Assembly: GCA_964599565.1 (NCBI GenBank)
Contig: CAZRFE010000002.1
Span: 9,646-73,645, forward strand
Reading direction: 5' to 3'
Source: an uncultured Gammaproteobacteria bacterium
Lineage (GTDB): Bacteria > Pseudomonadota > Gammaproteobacteria > Natronospirales > JAJUFS01
Length of the DNA stretch: 64,000 nucleotides
Of this stretch, positions 39,323-49,377 are shown piece after piece. Positions within the stretch are counted from its first letter, which is position 1. Every line of letters begins with the position of its first letter. The notes below the pieces were generated by a model. It was given only the letters and a program-made list of their open reading frames with translations, did no database searches and was not told the DNA's origin. The translations under genes were made by a program, and so were the position numbers.

Positions 39323-40102
39323 ATGTTCACTGAAATGTTCCTGCTTGCGGTCTTCGCGGCCTTCGTTTCAACGCTCACGCTGTTCTCCGGGTTCGGGCTC
39401 GGCACGCTGCTCTTGCCGGCCTTCGCACTCTTCCTGCCCGGCGCCGCCGCCGTTGCCGCGACCGCCGTCGTGCATCTCGCGAGCAATCTCTTCAAGGGTT
39501 CGCTGCTTCACCGCACTGTCGACTGGCCGCTGGTCGCGCGCTTCGGCGTGCCTGCAATCATCGCGGCGCTGCCCGGCGCGCTGCTGCTGGATGCACTGTC
39601 CGGCATGGCGCCCGTCCACACGTGGACATTTCGCGGCGAGAACGTCATGGTGACGCCGCTCTCAGTGTGTCTTGGCGGAATGATCCTGCTGTTTTCGGTC
39701 ATCGAACTTGCAGACCTTGATCGCTGGCTGCGCCTGCCGAAGGAATTTCTGCCGCTCGGCGGCGTCCTGTCCGGATTCTTCGGCGGGCTTTCCGGTCACC
39801 AGGGCGCGCTGCGTGCGGTATTCCTCGCACCGCTCGGGCTCACGGCCGCGGCGTTCGCGGCCACCCAGGCGCTGATCGCGATCGGCGTGGATGCGGTTCG
39901 ACTCCTTGTATATGGCACGGCGGACATCGGCGGGCTGAACGCCGCCACCGCGCCACTCATCGGCGCGGGAATCGCGGGCGCGATCGCCGGCGCGCTGCTC
40001 GGCCGCCGGCTGCTGCCGAAGATGACGATCACGATCGTCCGCCGCATCACCGGCGCGCTGCTGCTCGTCACAGGCGCGGGACTTGCAACGGGGCTCATCT
40101 GA
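39323..40102 (+). CDS. TauE/SafE-family anion exporter
   Basis: 259 aa with a Gly-rich TM pattern (LFSGFGLGTLLLPAF…GGLSGHQGALR). Confidence 0.8.
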   Translation: MFTEMFLLAVFAAFVSTLTLFSGFGLGTLLLPAFALFLPGAAAVAATAVVHLASNLFKGSLLHRTVDWPLVARFGVPAIIAALPGALLLDALSGMAPVHTWTFRGENVMVTPLSVCLGGMILLFSVIELADLDRWLRLPKEFLPLGGVLSGFFGGLSGHQGALRAVFLAPLGLTAAAFAATQALIAIGVDAVRLLVYGTADIGGLNAATAPLIGAGIAGAIAGALLGRRLLPKMTITIVRRITGALLLVTGAGLATGLI

Positions 40103-40103
40103 A

Positions 40104-40583
40104 ATGTTCGACGTGCGTGCACTTGATGAAACCGATTACACCGCGCTGCGCGCGGCGGTGAATGCATGGACCGATGGCGTGAACGTGCTGCCGCTGTTCC
40201 CGCGCCATGTCTTGCGGCATTTCTCCGGTACGCAGTTCATCGCGCTCGAAGACGGAAATCCCTGCGGCGTGATCAGCGGGTTCATCTCGCAGTCCGTGGC
40301 CGGCGAAGCGTACGTGCGCGTCATCGCGCTCGCGCCATCGGTGCGCGGTCGCGGTGCGGGCCGAAAGCTTTATGAACGGTTCTTCGATGCCGCACGAACG
40401 CACGGCTGCGATGTCGTGCGCGCCATCACGTCACCAGGAAACCGTGCGTCGATCGCTTTCCATCGCGCGCTCGGCTTCGACGTGGAGCCTGGCGATATCG
40501 TCATCGACGGTGTGCCTGCAACGCGCGATCACGCAGCGCCTGGCGAACACCGCGTGCTGCTGGTGAAGCGTCTTGCTGAATGA
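40104..40583 (+). CDS. GNAT-family N-acetyltransferase
   Basis: The acetyl-CoA motif is VRVIALAPSVRGRGAGRKLYERF. The start lies 1 nt after the tauE-like stop. Confidence 0.75.
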   Translation: MFDVRALDETDYTALRAAVNAWTDGVNVLPLFPRHVLRHFSGTQFIALEDGNPCGVISGFISQSVAGEAYVRVIALAPSVRGRGAGRKLYERFFDAARTHGCDVVRAITSPGNRASIAFHRALGFDVEPGDIVIDGVPATRDHAAPGEHRVLLVKRLAE

Positions 40584-40947
40584 ACCGTCGCTCGCCATCC
40601 GCGTCGATGCCGCGGGCAACGCCGTCGCGATGGCCGGCAGGCAGCAACTGCGCATCGCGTGCGCGGATGCCGGCGATTTCACCGCCGCACGTACGCTGCT
40701 CGCAGCACTCGGCGGTTGCCTCGCGGCGAGCATGGCGCCGCTGCTTGCGCGCCACGGTGCGGACATGACAACACTGCACATCGCCCTTGCCGTGCGCGAT
40801 GCAGCGCTTTCCTCGGGCGTTGACGTGACGATCACGCTGCCCGCGTGCGAAACGGCGGTGCGTACACGCTGCGAACGCGCAGCGCGCCACTGCCCGGTGC
40901 TGCGTGCGCTCGCCATTCCCGTCAACCTGCACTGGCAAACGGACTGA
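40573..40947 (+). CDS. OsmC/Ohr-family protein
   Basis: Two conserved Cys contexts are present (LGGCLAASM and RHCPVLRAL). It has a TTG start overlapping the GNAT 3' end. Confidence 0.65.
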   Translation: MLNEPSLAIRVDAAGNAVAMAGRQQLRIACADAGDFTAARTLLAALGGCLAASMAPLLARHGADMTTLHIALAVRDAALSSGVDVTITLPACETAVRTRCERAARHCPVLRALAIPVNLHWQTD

Positions 40948-40949
40948 AC

Positions 40950-41873
40950 ATGCGCTCTCACCTCAACACCTTCGGGCAACCGGGCGCCGACCGGCGCACC
41001 ATCGAACGCGCCGATGACACGTGGATCGATGCGCAGCGCGAATCGCTGGATGCGCGCTTCGTCATCGTCGATGCGCAGCGAAATCTCGTCGATGAAACGC
41101 CCGCGCTCGTGCGGCTGCCGCACGAAGCGCTGCCGCCCGGCTGGCCTGCGTGGCAGTCCGTGTTTCTCGGTCACGTGGACGATGCGCCGCTGTTTGCGCT
41201 CTCGCCGCCCGCGGAACACATTGCGCATCTCGAGCGCCACGGCCGCTTCGAGGAACTGCGTCCCGTCGCAACGTTGCTGTCCGGAACCGATGCCGCACTC
41301 GTCGCGCACGCGCGCGGCGTCATGCACTGGCATGCCACGCACCGTTACTGCGGCGGCTGCGGACATGAGCTCGACGGTGCACGCGGCGGTCATGCACGGC
41401 GCTGCATGAACGATGCCTGTGCGATGACCGAGATCTTTCCGCGCATCGATCCCGCCGTCATCGTGCTCGTGACGCACGAAGACCGCTGCCTGCTCGGCCG
41501 GCAGCACAGCTGGCCGGCGGGCCGCTATTCCTGCCTTGCCGGCTTCGCGGAAGCGGGCGAGACGCTGGAGGAAACCGTGCGCCGCGAAGTGTTCGAGGAA
41601 TCGGGCGTGCGCATCGGCGATGTCGTCTATCACTCCTCGCAGCCCTGGCCGTTCCCGCAGTCGCTGATGATCGGCTTCGAGGCGCGCGCGCAATCGCCCG
41701 ACATCACGCTGCACGATGACGAACTCGAGCACGCGCGCTGGTTCACGCGCGCGGAAATCCGCAGCGGCATCGCCGACGGCACGCTGAAGGTTTCGGCGAA
41801 ACTGTCGATCGCGTACCGGCTGCTGCACGACTGGTATGCCGAGGCCGCGGATCCGGCGGACCTTGCATGCTGA
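40950..41873 (+). CDS. nudC: NADH pyrophosphatase (Nudix) NudC
   Basis: It has a zinc ribbon (YCGGCGHEL…RRCMNDAC) and a Nudix box (GFAEAGETLEETVRREVFEESGV) followed by SQPWPFPQSLM. Confidence 0.9.
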   Translation: MRSHLNTFGQPGADRRTIERADDTWIDAQRESLDARFVIVDAQRNLVDETPALVRLPHEALPPGWPAWQSVFLGHVDDAPLFALSPPAEHIAHLERHGRFEELRPVATLLSGTDAALVAHARGVMHWHATHRYCGGCGHELDGARGGHARRCMNDACAMTEIFPRIDPAVIVLVTHEDRCLLGRQHSWPAGRYSCLAGFAEAGETLEETVRREVFEESGVRIGDVVYHSSQPWPFPQSLMIGFEARAQSPDITLHDDELEHARWFTRAEIRSGIADGTLKVSAKLSIAYRLLHDWYAEAADPADLAC

Positions 41874-42766
41874 ACCGCAACCGCCAGGTCCGGAATGCAT
41901 TTCTCGCGCTTGGTCTTGTCGCGCTCGTGTGGGGCTACAACTGGGTGGTGATGAAGATCGCGCTCGATCACAGCGGGCCGATGGATTTTTCCCTGCTGCG
42001 CAATTTCTTCGGCGCGCTGACGCTGTTCGTCGTTCTCGCGTTGCGCCGCGAGCCGCTCACGCTTCCCGATGCACCGGGCAAGGTGCTGCTGCTCGGCCTG
42101 CTGCAGACGACCGGTTTCGTCGGCCTGATCGCCATCGCGCTGACGGACGGCGGCGCGGGCAAGAGCGCGGTGCTCGCCTACACCATGCCGTTCTGGGCAT
42201 TGCTGTTCGGTGCGTGGTTTCTCGGCGAAAAGGTGCGCGGCCTGCAATGGCTCGCCGTCTTGCTCGCAGCGATCGGCGTCGTGTTTCTCATCGCGCCGTG
42301 GCAGTCGGGTTACGCGAACGTGAGCAGTCTCACGTCGCTGCTCGCCGGCCTTGTGTGGGGCGCGAGCATCATCATCGCGAAGCGCATCCCGCAATCGAAA
42401 CCCGGCGCGCTGCTCTCCATCACGGCATGGCAGATGCTCATCGGCAGCGTGCCGCTTGCATTGCTTGCGTGGTACGTGCCCGAGCAGGACATCGACTGGA
42501 CCGCGGGTTTCATCATCGCGCTTGCGTACAACGCCGTGCTCGGCAGCGCGCTCGCGTGGCTGCTGTGGCTGTATGCGCTGCGCATCCTGCCCGCGGGCGT
42601 TGCCGGTCTTGCATCGCTCGGCGCGCCCGCGGTGAGCGTGCTGGCGGCATGGATACAGCTGCACGAGACGCCGACGCTGCCGGATGCGCTCGGCATGCTG
42701 CTGATCTTCGCCGCGCTCACCGTGCTGACGCTGCGCGCACTCGCAAGACGCGCCGGCAACGCCTGA
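41867..42766 (+). CDS. EamA/DMT-family transporter
   Basis: 10-TM pattern with two EamA repeats (LVALVWGYNWVVMK…). Confidence 0.85.
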   Translation: MLNRNRQVRNAFLALGLVALVWGYNWVVMKIALDHSGPMDFSLLRNFFGALTLFVVLALRREPLTLPDAPGKVLLLGLLQTTGFVGLIAIALTDGGAGKSAVLAYTMPFWALLFGAWFLGEKVRGLQWLAVLLAAIGVVFLIAPWQSGYANVSSLTSLLAGLVWGASIIIAKRIPQSKPGALLSITAWQMLIGSVPLALLAWYVPEQDIDWTAGFIIALAYNAVLGSALAWLLWLYALRILPAGVAGLASLGAPAVSVLAAWIQLHETPTLPDALGMLLIFAALTVLTLRALARRAGNA

Positions 42767-42791
42767 CACCGTGACCCGGAGAGGACCAACT

Positions 42792-44060
42792 GTGCGAACA
42801 ATCATCCTGCTGCTCGGCCTGCTCGTGGCATTCAACGCTCCCTGCGGCGAAGCCGGCGACATCGACGCACTCCGCGCGACATTGCGCGAGGCGAATTCCG
42901 CCGATGACGGCGAGGTGCTGGCCCGCACGGCGCGACACCTGCGTCTTGCGCATCCCGGCCATCCCACCTACAGCTACCTGCTGGCGCGCGGTGAAGCGCT
43001 CGGCAGCAGGCCCGGCGAGGCATTGCAGGCTCTCATGGAACTCACCGCGCGCGGCGTGGACATGGTGCGTCATGTGGTTGACGATCCGGCGTTCGACGCC
43101 ATGCGCGCGCTGGACGGTTACACCGATCTCGTTCGACAGGCGGATGCGTTGCGCTCACCGATCGGCAATGCCGAACGCGCCTGGCAGTTCGGCGCACCCG
43201 ACACGCTGCCGGAAGCTGTTGCAGTGGACGAGCGGGGACGCGTATTCATCGGCAGCGTGCGCAAGCGGGAGATCATCGTGCGCAATGCCGATGGCACACT
43301 TGATCACTGGCGTCACCCCGCGCTGTGGAGCGTGCTGGGGCTGCACCTGTCGCCCGGTGGGCAACTGTTGTGGGCGGCAACATCCGCGATGAATGTCACC
43401 GGCGGCATCAGCGCTGCGGAACATGGACGCAGCGCACTGGTTGCACTGGACATCGCGACGGGCGAACTGCGCGCACACCATCCGTTCCCTGCCGACGGCG
43501 AACACGTACTCGGCGATTTCATTTTCATTGGCGACGACACACTGCTGGCAACGGACAGCTTCGGTGGCGGCGTGCATGCGCTCGATGTGCGCAGCGGCAG
43601 ATACATGACGCGCATCGCACCCGGCGTGCTGCGCTCACCGCAGGGCCTTGCGCGCATCGGTGATGCCGTATACATCGCCGACTACAGTCTCGGGCTTTAC
43701 CGGCTTGACCTCGCGACAGGTGAATTGTCGCGGGTGGCCGACGGCGTCGCGGCGCCCTACGGCATCGACGGCCTGTATGCCCACGATGGTGCCTTGATCG
43801 CCGTGCAGAACGGCGTGGCGCCACAACAGGTGGCGCGCTTCACGCTTTCAGAGGATGGCATGCGCATTGTCGCGCGCGAAACGCTGCTCGCGAATCATGC
43901 CGACTTCGAGGAGCCAACGCTCGGCATGGTGCGCGATGACCGCTTCCACGTTGTCGCAAACAGCCACTGGAACCATGTCACCCGCGACGGCGACCTGCCG
44001 GCCGACGGTCTCGTTTCGCCGGTGATCCTCTCCATCCCGCTGTCGCAAACGCCGCCATGA
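42792..44060 (+). CDS. Secreted hypothetical protein, probable beta-propeller (SMP-30/NHL-like) with an N-terminal helical region
   Basis: The GTG at 42792 follows GGAGAGGA. The signal peptide is VRTIILLLGLLVAFNAP. Repeated short beta-strand/turn blocks are present. The fold call is an inference. Confidence 0.55.
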   Translation: MRTIILLLGLLVAFNAPCGEAGDIDALRATLREANSADDGEVLARTARHLRLAHPGHPTYSYLLARGEALGSRPGEALQALMELTARGVDMVRHVVDDPAFDAMRALDGYTDLVRQADALRSPIGNAERAWQFGAPDTLPEAVAVDERGRVFIGSVRKREIIVRNADGTLDHWRHPALWSVLGLHLSPGGQLLWAATSAMNVTGGISAAEHGRSALVALDIATGELRAHHPFPADGEHVLGDFIFIGDDTLLATDSFGGGVHALDVRSGRYMTRIAPGVLRSPQGLARIGDAVYIADYSLGLYRLDLATGELSRVADGVAAPYGIDGLYAHDGALIAVQNGVAPQQVARFTLSEDGMRIVARETLLANHADFEEPTLGMVRDDRFHVVANSHWNHVTRDGDLPADGLVSPVILSIPLSQTPP

Positions 44061-44917
44061 TCGAAACGGTGAACGTTCCCGCTCCGGGCATCACGCTCGC
44101 GGGGAGCCTGCACCGCGACGGGAACGTTGCGGCCGCCGGCACCGTCGTGCTGATCAACAGCGCCATGGGCATGCCGCGCGGTTTCTACACGCCGCTCGCG
44201 AACTTTCTCGCGGGCGAGGGCATCGACACGCTGACATGGGATTACCGTGGCATCGGCGATTCGGTGAAAGGGTCGGTCAAGAACACGCCTTCCTCGATCC
44301 ACGACTGGGGCGAGCAGGACCTCCCCGCAATGATCGACTGGCTGCGCGCGCGTTACCCAAAGCGCCGGCTCGTCATCGTCGCGCACAGCGTCGGCGGACA
44401 GATACTCGGCATGACGCCGAAGACGAATCTCGCCGACCGGCTCGTGATGATCGGCTCGCAGAGCGGTTACTGGCGGCTGTGGTCCGGCTGGCAGCAGCTT
44501 CGCATCGGTTTCATCTGGCATGTCGTGATTCCGCTCGTTGCATATGCTGGCGGACATTTCCCCGCGCGCTGGTTCGGGCTTTCCGTCGACCTGCCGGTGG
44601 AAGTCGCGCGCGAATGGGCGCGCTGGGGACGCGATCCGGATTACCTGATGGGAAAGCATCGCCGTGCGTCCGCGATCCATTACGCGGACATCGACCGGCC
44701 GCTGCTCAACGTGTGGATCAGCGATGACGACATCGCCTCGTACGCCGCCAACCGCACGCTGCTCACCTGGTATCCGCGCGCGCAGGTGACAAACTGGAAC
44801 CTTCGCCCGGAAGATCTCGGCGTGGATCGCATCGGGCATTTCCGCCTGTTCCGCGACACCATCGGGCCGGCGTTCTGGCCGGGCCTCGTGCGCTGGATCG
44901 GCAACGGTGACGCGTAA
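44057..44917 (+). CDS. Alpha/beta-hydrolase fold protein
   Basis: The nucleophile elbow is VAHSVGG. It has an ATGA overlap with the upstream gene. Confidence 0.75.
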   Translation: MIETVNVPAPGITLAGSLHRDGNVAAAGTVVLINSAMGMPRGFYTPLANFLAGEGIDTLTWDYRGIGDSVKGSVKNTPSSIHDWGEQDLPAMIDWLRARYPKRRLVIVAHSVGGQILGMTPKTNLADRLVMIGSQSGYWRLWSGWQQLRIGFIWHVVIPLVAYAGGHFPARWFGLSVDLPVEVAREWARWGRDPDYLMGKHRRASAIHYADIDRPLLNVWISDDDIASYAANRTLLTWYPRAQVTNWNLRPEDLGVDRIGHFRLFRDTIGPAFWPGLVRWIGNGDA

Positions 44918-44935
44918 CTTTCAACAGGAGTTCCC

Positions 44936-45703
44936 ATGTGCCTGCTTGCCTTCTCCTGGAACGACCATCCCCGCTACGCGCTGATCTTCGCGGGCAACCG
45001 CGATGAGTTCCATGCGCGTCCGACCGCGGCGGCCGGCTGGTGGCCGGATTCGCCGAACGTCTTCGGCGGCCGCGATCTCGAAGCCGGCGGCACGTGGCTC
45101 GGACTGCGCCGCGATGCGCGCTTCGCGGTGGTGACGAATTTCCGCGAACCGGATCGCCGTCCTGCAGGCAAGCGCACGCGCGGCGAACTGGCAACACGCT
45201 TCCTCGCCGGCACGATGACATCCCTCGAATACCTTGAACGATTGCACGCGCACGCGGACGACTACGCGGGTTTCAATCTCGTCTTCGGCGACATCAACGA
45301 CCAGCTCTACTATTTTTCCAATCGCGCCGACGATGCCCTGCCGCTGCCGGGCGGCGTGCACGCGCTTTCCAACCACCTGCTGAACACGCCGTGGCCGAAA
45401 GTGCGCAAGCTTGAGGAACGCTTCGAGAAGGAAGCCGCGCGCGACGAACCGCGCGTGGATGCGCTGCTGGATTTTCTCGACGACCGCGAACCGGCGGACG
45501 ACGATGACCTGCCGTCCACCGGGCTTGCGCGCGACTGGGAACGCCGGCTGTCCGCGGCGAAGGTGACCGGCGCCGAGTACGGCACGCGTTCAAGTACGGT
45601 GATTCTTGTAGACCGGAACGGCGAATGCGTCTTCCACGAGCGCCGTTTTGACGTAAGCGGCGAAAACGGCGGCGATGCGCATGTGAATTTCGGACCGGCC
45701 TGA
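44936..45703 (+). CDS. NRDE-family (TANGO2/DUF833) protein
   Basis: MCLLAFSW…FAGNRDEF…GGRDLEAGGTWLG carries the N-terminal Cys and the NRDE motif. An AGGAG RBS is present. Confidence 0.8.
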   Translation: MCLLAFSWNDHPRYALIFAGNRDEFHARPTAAAGWWPDSPNVFGGRDLEAGGTWLGLRRDARFAVVTNFREPDRRPAGKRTRGELATRFLAGTMTSLEYLERLHAHADDYAGFNLVFGDINDQLYYFSNRADDALPLPGGVHALSNHLLNTPWPKVRKLEERFEKEAARDEPRVDALLDFLDDREPADDDDLPSTGLARDWERRLSAAKVTGAEYGTRSSTVILVDRNGECVFHERRFDVSGENGGDAHVNFGPA

Positions 45704-45723
45704 CGTTCCGGTAACATGCGGGC

Positions 45724-47637
45724 ATGCCCGCAGACATCCGCACGCCGCTGCCTTTCGGCAGCTGGCCTTCGCCCATCACCGCCGCACTCGTTGCCGGCAA
45801 ATCCCTACGCCTTGGCCAGCCGCAACTTCATCGCGGCGCCGTGTACTGGACGGAAACGCGGCCCGATGAAAAAGGCCGCACCGTTCTCGTGCGCTTCACG
45901 CCGGACAGCGAATGCACGGACATCGTGCCCGCGCCCTTCAGCGTGCAGAGCCGCGTGCATGAATACGGCGGCGGCGCGTTCGCGGTGCATGACGATTTCA
46001 CCTGGTTCGTGAACCGGCAGGATCAATGCATTCACGTGATCCACGATGGCGTTGCATGCCGCCTCACTGAATCCTCCACGCGCTGCTTCGCGGATCTCCA
46101 GTACGACGCACACCGTCACCGCTTGCTCGCAGTCTGCGAGGACCATGACGCCGCGCTGCCGGAAGCGCGCACCACGCTGGTTGCAATCTCGTGCACGGAC
46201 GGCGCCGTCACGACGCTGCGCGAAGGTTGCGATTTCTACAGTTCGCCGCGGCTGTCGCCCGGCGGTGGAAAGCTTGCGTGGCTGGAATGGAACCATCCCG
46301 ACATGCCCTGGGATGCAACGCGGCTTCTGATTGCGAACCTCGATGACGACGGCGCACCGGTGAACGCACGCTGCATCGCCGGCGGCGCCGGCGAATCCGT
46401 CGTGCAGCCGTTGTGGCGCAACGACGAGGAAATCCTGTTTGCATCGGATCGCAGCGACTGGTGGAACCTTTACGCATGGCGCAACGGCACCGCGCGCGCG
46501 CTGCATGCAGCGGACGCGGAGTTCGCGTTGCCGCACTGGGTGTTCGGCATGCGCAGCTACGGCCTGCGCAACCAGGACACCATCGTGTGCGCATGCACGC
46601 GAAACGGCACGTGGCATGTTGCGGAGCTCGACATCGACAGCGGCGATGTCCGCGAACTCGACCTGCCTTACACGCAGGTCGAACACCTGCATGCCGCGGA
46701 CGGCAGCGTCGTGCTGCATGCCGCGTCCGCGGAACGTCCAGCCTGCATTGCATTGCTTGATGGCGACGGCGTGCGCGAGTTGCGCCGGGCCGCGGACGTC
46801 ACGTTCGACGCCGGGTTTCTCGCAGCGCCCGAAGCGGTGAGTTTCGCAACCGGCGATGACGACATCGCGCACGGCCTTTACTACGCGCCCGCGCATCCAC
46901 ACGTTCGCGGCACGGACGGCGATGCGCCGCCCCTGCTCGTGAAGGTGCACGGCGGACCGACATCCGCAACGTCTTCCGCGCTCGATCTCAAGATCCGCTA
47001 CTGGACATCGCGCGGCTTTGCGGTACTCGATGTGAACTATCGGGGCAGCACGGGCTACGGGCGCCGCTACCGCGAAAAACTCCACGGCGAGTGGGGCGTT
47101 GCGGACGTCGCGGACTGCATCAACGGCGCACGCGCGCTCGCCGCGCGCGGACTCGCCGATCCTGACCGCCTGCTCATCAGCGGTTCGAGCGCGGGCGGCT
47201 ACACCGTGCTCGCCGCGCTGACCTTTCATGATGTGTTCGCCGCCGGCGCAAGCTATTACGGCATCGGCGATCTCGCGAGCGCGATGCGCGACACGGAGAA
47301 ATTCGAATCCCGTTACGGCGACCGCCTGATCGGCCCGCTGCCGGAAGCGGAAGCCACATGGCGCGCGCGTTCGCCGCTCCTTCACGCCGAACGGCTCACG
47401 CGGCCGGTGATCTTCTTCCAGGGGCTGGATGATCGCGTCGTGCCGCCCGACCAGTCGGAACGCATGTTCGAAGCCGCGCGCGCAAACGGCGCGGTCACTG
47501 CGTACCTGCCGTTTCCCGGCGAAGGCCACGGCTTTCGCCAGGCGCAGACCATCGAAGCGGCGCTTGACGCCGAGTACGCGTTCTACCGCGGCGTGCTCGG
47601 CCTTTCCCCGGCGCCTGCAGAAGTCGACACGCGCTGA
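45724..47637 (+). CDS. S9-family serine peptidase (prolyl oligopeptidase/dipeptidyl aminopeptidase-like)
   Basis: It has an N-terminal propeller region and a C-terminal catalytic domain with GSSAGGY, DDRVVP and GEGHGF. Confidence 0.85.
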   Translation: MPADIRTPLPFGSWPSPITAALVAGKSLRLGQPQLHRGAVYWTETRPDEKGRTVLVRFTPDSECTDIVPAPFSVQSRVHEYGGGAFAVHDDFTWFVNRQDQCIHVIHDGVACRLTESSTRCFADLQYDAHRHRLLAVCEDHDAALPEARTTLVAISCTDGAVTTLREGCDFYSSPRLSPGGGKLAWLEWNHPDMPWDATRLLIANLDDDGAPVNARCIAGGAGESVVQPLWRNDEEILFASDRSDWWNLYAWRNGTARALHAADAEFALPHWVFGMRSYGLRNQDTIVCACTRNGTWHVAELDIDSGDVRELDLPYTQVEHLHAADGSVVLHAASAERPACIALLDGDGVRELRRAADVTFDAGFLAAPEAVSFATGDDDIAHGLYYAPAHPHVRGTDGDAPPLLVKVHGGPTSATSSALDLKIRYWTSRGFAVLDVNYRGSTGYGRRYREKLHGEWGVADVADCINGARALAARGLADPDRLLISGSSAGGYTVLAALTFHDVFAAGASYYGIGDLASAMRDTEKFESRYGDRLIGPLPEAEATWRARSPLLHAERLTRPVIFFQGLDDRVVPPDQSERMFEAARANGAVTAYLPFPGEGHGFRQAQTIEAALDAEYAFYRGVLGLSPAPAEVDTR

Positions 47638-47638
47638 C

Positions 47639-49369
47639 ATGCGCTGCGCACTCGCCATGCTGTTGCTGTTGAGTGCCGGCATGACGCATGCGGCCGTCGT
47701 CGTCGACGTCGAAGGTGTCGGCGGTGCGCAGCGCGACAACGTGCTCGCGTTTCTCGGCATCCAGCAATACCGCGACCGGGACGATCTCGGCGAAGCGATG
47801 ATCCGCCGCCTGCACAGCCGCGCGCCTTCGGAAATCCAGCGCGCGCTCGTTCCCTACGGCTACTACCATGCGAAGGTCGACGCGAACCTCGAGTACCGCG
47901 GCGATACGTGGCGCGCAAGCTACGTCATCGACCGCGGCGCACCGGTGCGCATCCGCACCATCGACGTGCATGTCAGCGGCGACGAGGAAGCGCGCCGCAC
48001 GTTCCGCGACATCATCGCGGACCCGCCGCTTGCAGAAGGCGACGTGCTGCTGCATGCGGACTACGAGAACCTCAAGGCCACGCTGCTCAACCGCGCAACC
48101 CAGCGCGGCTATCTCGATGCGGCCTTCAGCGTGCAGCAGCTCGCGGTGAACACCGACACGCTGAGCGCCGCGATAGAACTCGAACTTGTGCCCGGCCCGC
48201 GCTATTACTTCGGCGAGCTGCACATCGAGCAGGACATACTCGATGACGATCTCGTGCGCCGTTATGCGAGCTTCTCGCCCGGCGATCCGCTGGATTTCGA
48301 GAAGCTGCTGGATCTCCAGTACGCGCTCACCGACAGCGAATACTTCGCCGTCGTTCACGTGGAAGCGCTGCGCGCGGAAGCCGACGAACGCCGCCGCGTT
48401 CCCGTCGCCGTGCGCGCAGAAGCAAACGAGCGCAGCCGCTACACGTTCGGTCTCGGCTACGGCACGGATACCGGGCCGCGCATCAGTCTCGGCTTCCAGC
48501 GCCGTTACGTGAACACGCGCGGGCATCGCTTCGGGATTCAGACGCAGTTCTCGGAAGTGGAGAACACCTTCTTCGCGCGTTACACGATTCCGCTCGCGGA
48601 ACCGGCGACCGAATCCTTCCAGTTTTTCACCGGCACGACGCGGCGCGAGCGCGCGGACACGGAATCCGACCGTATCGTGTTCGGCGCGAGCCGCGTGCGC
48701 ACGCTCGGCGACTGGGAACAGACGCTTTACCTGCGCGCCGAACGCGAGGACAGCATTCTCCCCGACGAGACGTTCCGCACTGAAAGCGTGATACCCGGTG
48801 CGACGTGGATGAAGATTTCCGCGGACGATCACTTCTACACGCGCGACGGCTACAAGCTGTATGCGGACCTGCACGGCTCCGCGCCCGCGCTCGGCTCGCG
48901 CACCGAGTACGCGCAGCTGCACCTGCTCGCAAAACGCATCTTTCCGTTCGGCGAGCGCTGGCGGCTGCTGCTGCGCGCCGAAGCCGCAACGACCGTGCTC
49001 GGCGACACCAGCCGCCTGCCGGTATCGCAGCGCTTCTTCGCCGGCGGCGATCAATCGGTACGCGGCTTCGATTACAACAGCCTCGCGCCCGCCGATGCCG
49101 ATGGCAACATCGTCGGCGGCCAGTACCTTGCAACCGGCAGCGCGGAGATCGAATACCGCTTCGCGGAAAGCTGGGCGGTTGCAGCCTTTGTCGACACGGG
49201 CAACGCCATGGACGACCTCGACGAGAAGCTCGAACGCGCCTACGGCGTCGGGCTTCGCTGGCTGTCGCCGGTCGGCGTCGTGCGTCTCGACCTGGCGCGG
49301 CCGGTCACCACCGACACGCTGCCCGCAAACGATATCGAGATTCACATCAGCGTGGGGCCGGACCTGTGA
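47639..49369 (+). CDS. tamA: Translocation and assembly module outer-membrane subunit TamA (Omp85 family)
   Basis: The signal peptide is MRCALAMLLLLSAGMTHA. It has POTRA-like repeats and an Omp85 barrel (RFFAGGDQSVRGF…). It lies immediately upstream of tamB. Confidence 0.85.
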   Translation: MRCALAMLLLLSAGMTHAAVVVDVEGVGGAQRDNVLAFLGIQQYRDRDDLGEAMIRRLHSRAPSEIQRALVPYGYYHAKVDANLEYRGDTWRASYVIDRGAPVRIRTIDVHVSGDEEARRTFRDIIADPPLAEGDVLLHADYENLKATLLNRATQRGYLDAAFSVQQLAVNTDTLSAAIELELVPGPRYYFGELHIEQDILDDDLVRRYASFSPGDPLDFEKLLDLQYALTDSEYFAVVHVEALRAEADERRRVPVAVRAEANERSRYTFGLGYGTDTGPRISLGFQRRYVNTRGHRFGIQTQFSEVENTFFARYTIPLAEPATESFQFFTGTTRRERADTESDRIVFGASRVRTLGDWEQTLYLRAEREDSILPDETFRTESVIPGATWMKISADDHFYTRDGYKLYADLHGSAPALGSRTEYAQLHLLAKRIFPFGERWRLLLRAEAATTVLGDTSRLPVSQRFFAGGDQSVRGFDYNSLAPADADGNIVGGQYLATGSAEIEYRFAESWAVAAFVDTGNAMDDLDEKLERAYGVGLRWLSPVGVVRLDLARPVTTDTLPANDIEIHISVGPDL

Positions 49370-49377
49370 ACGTGCGC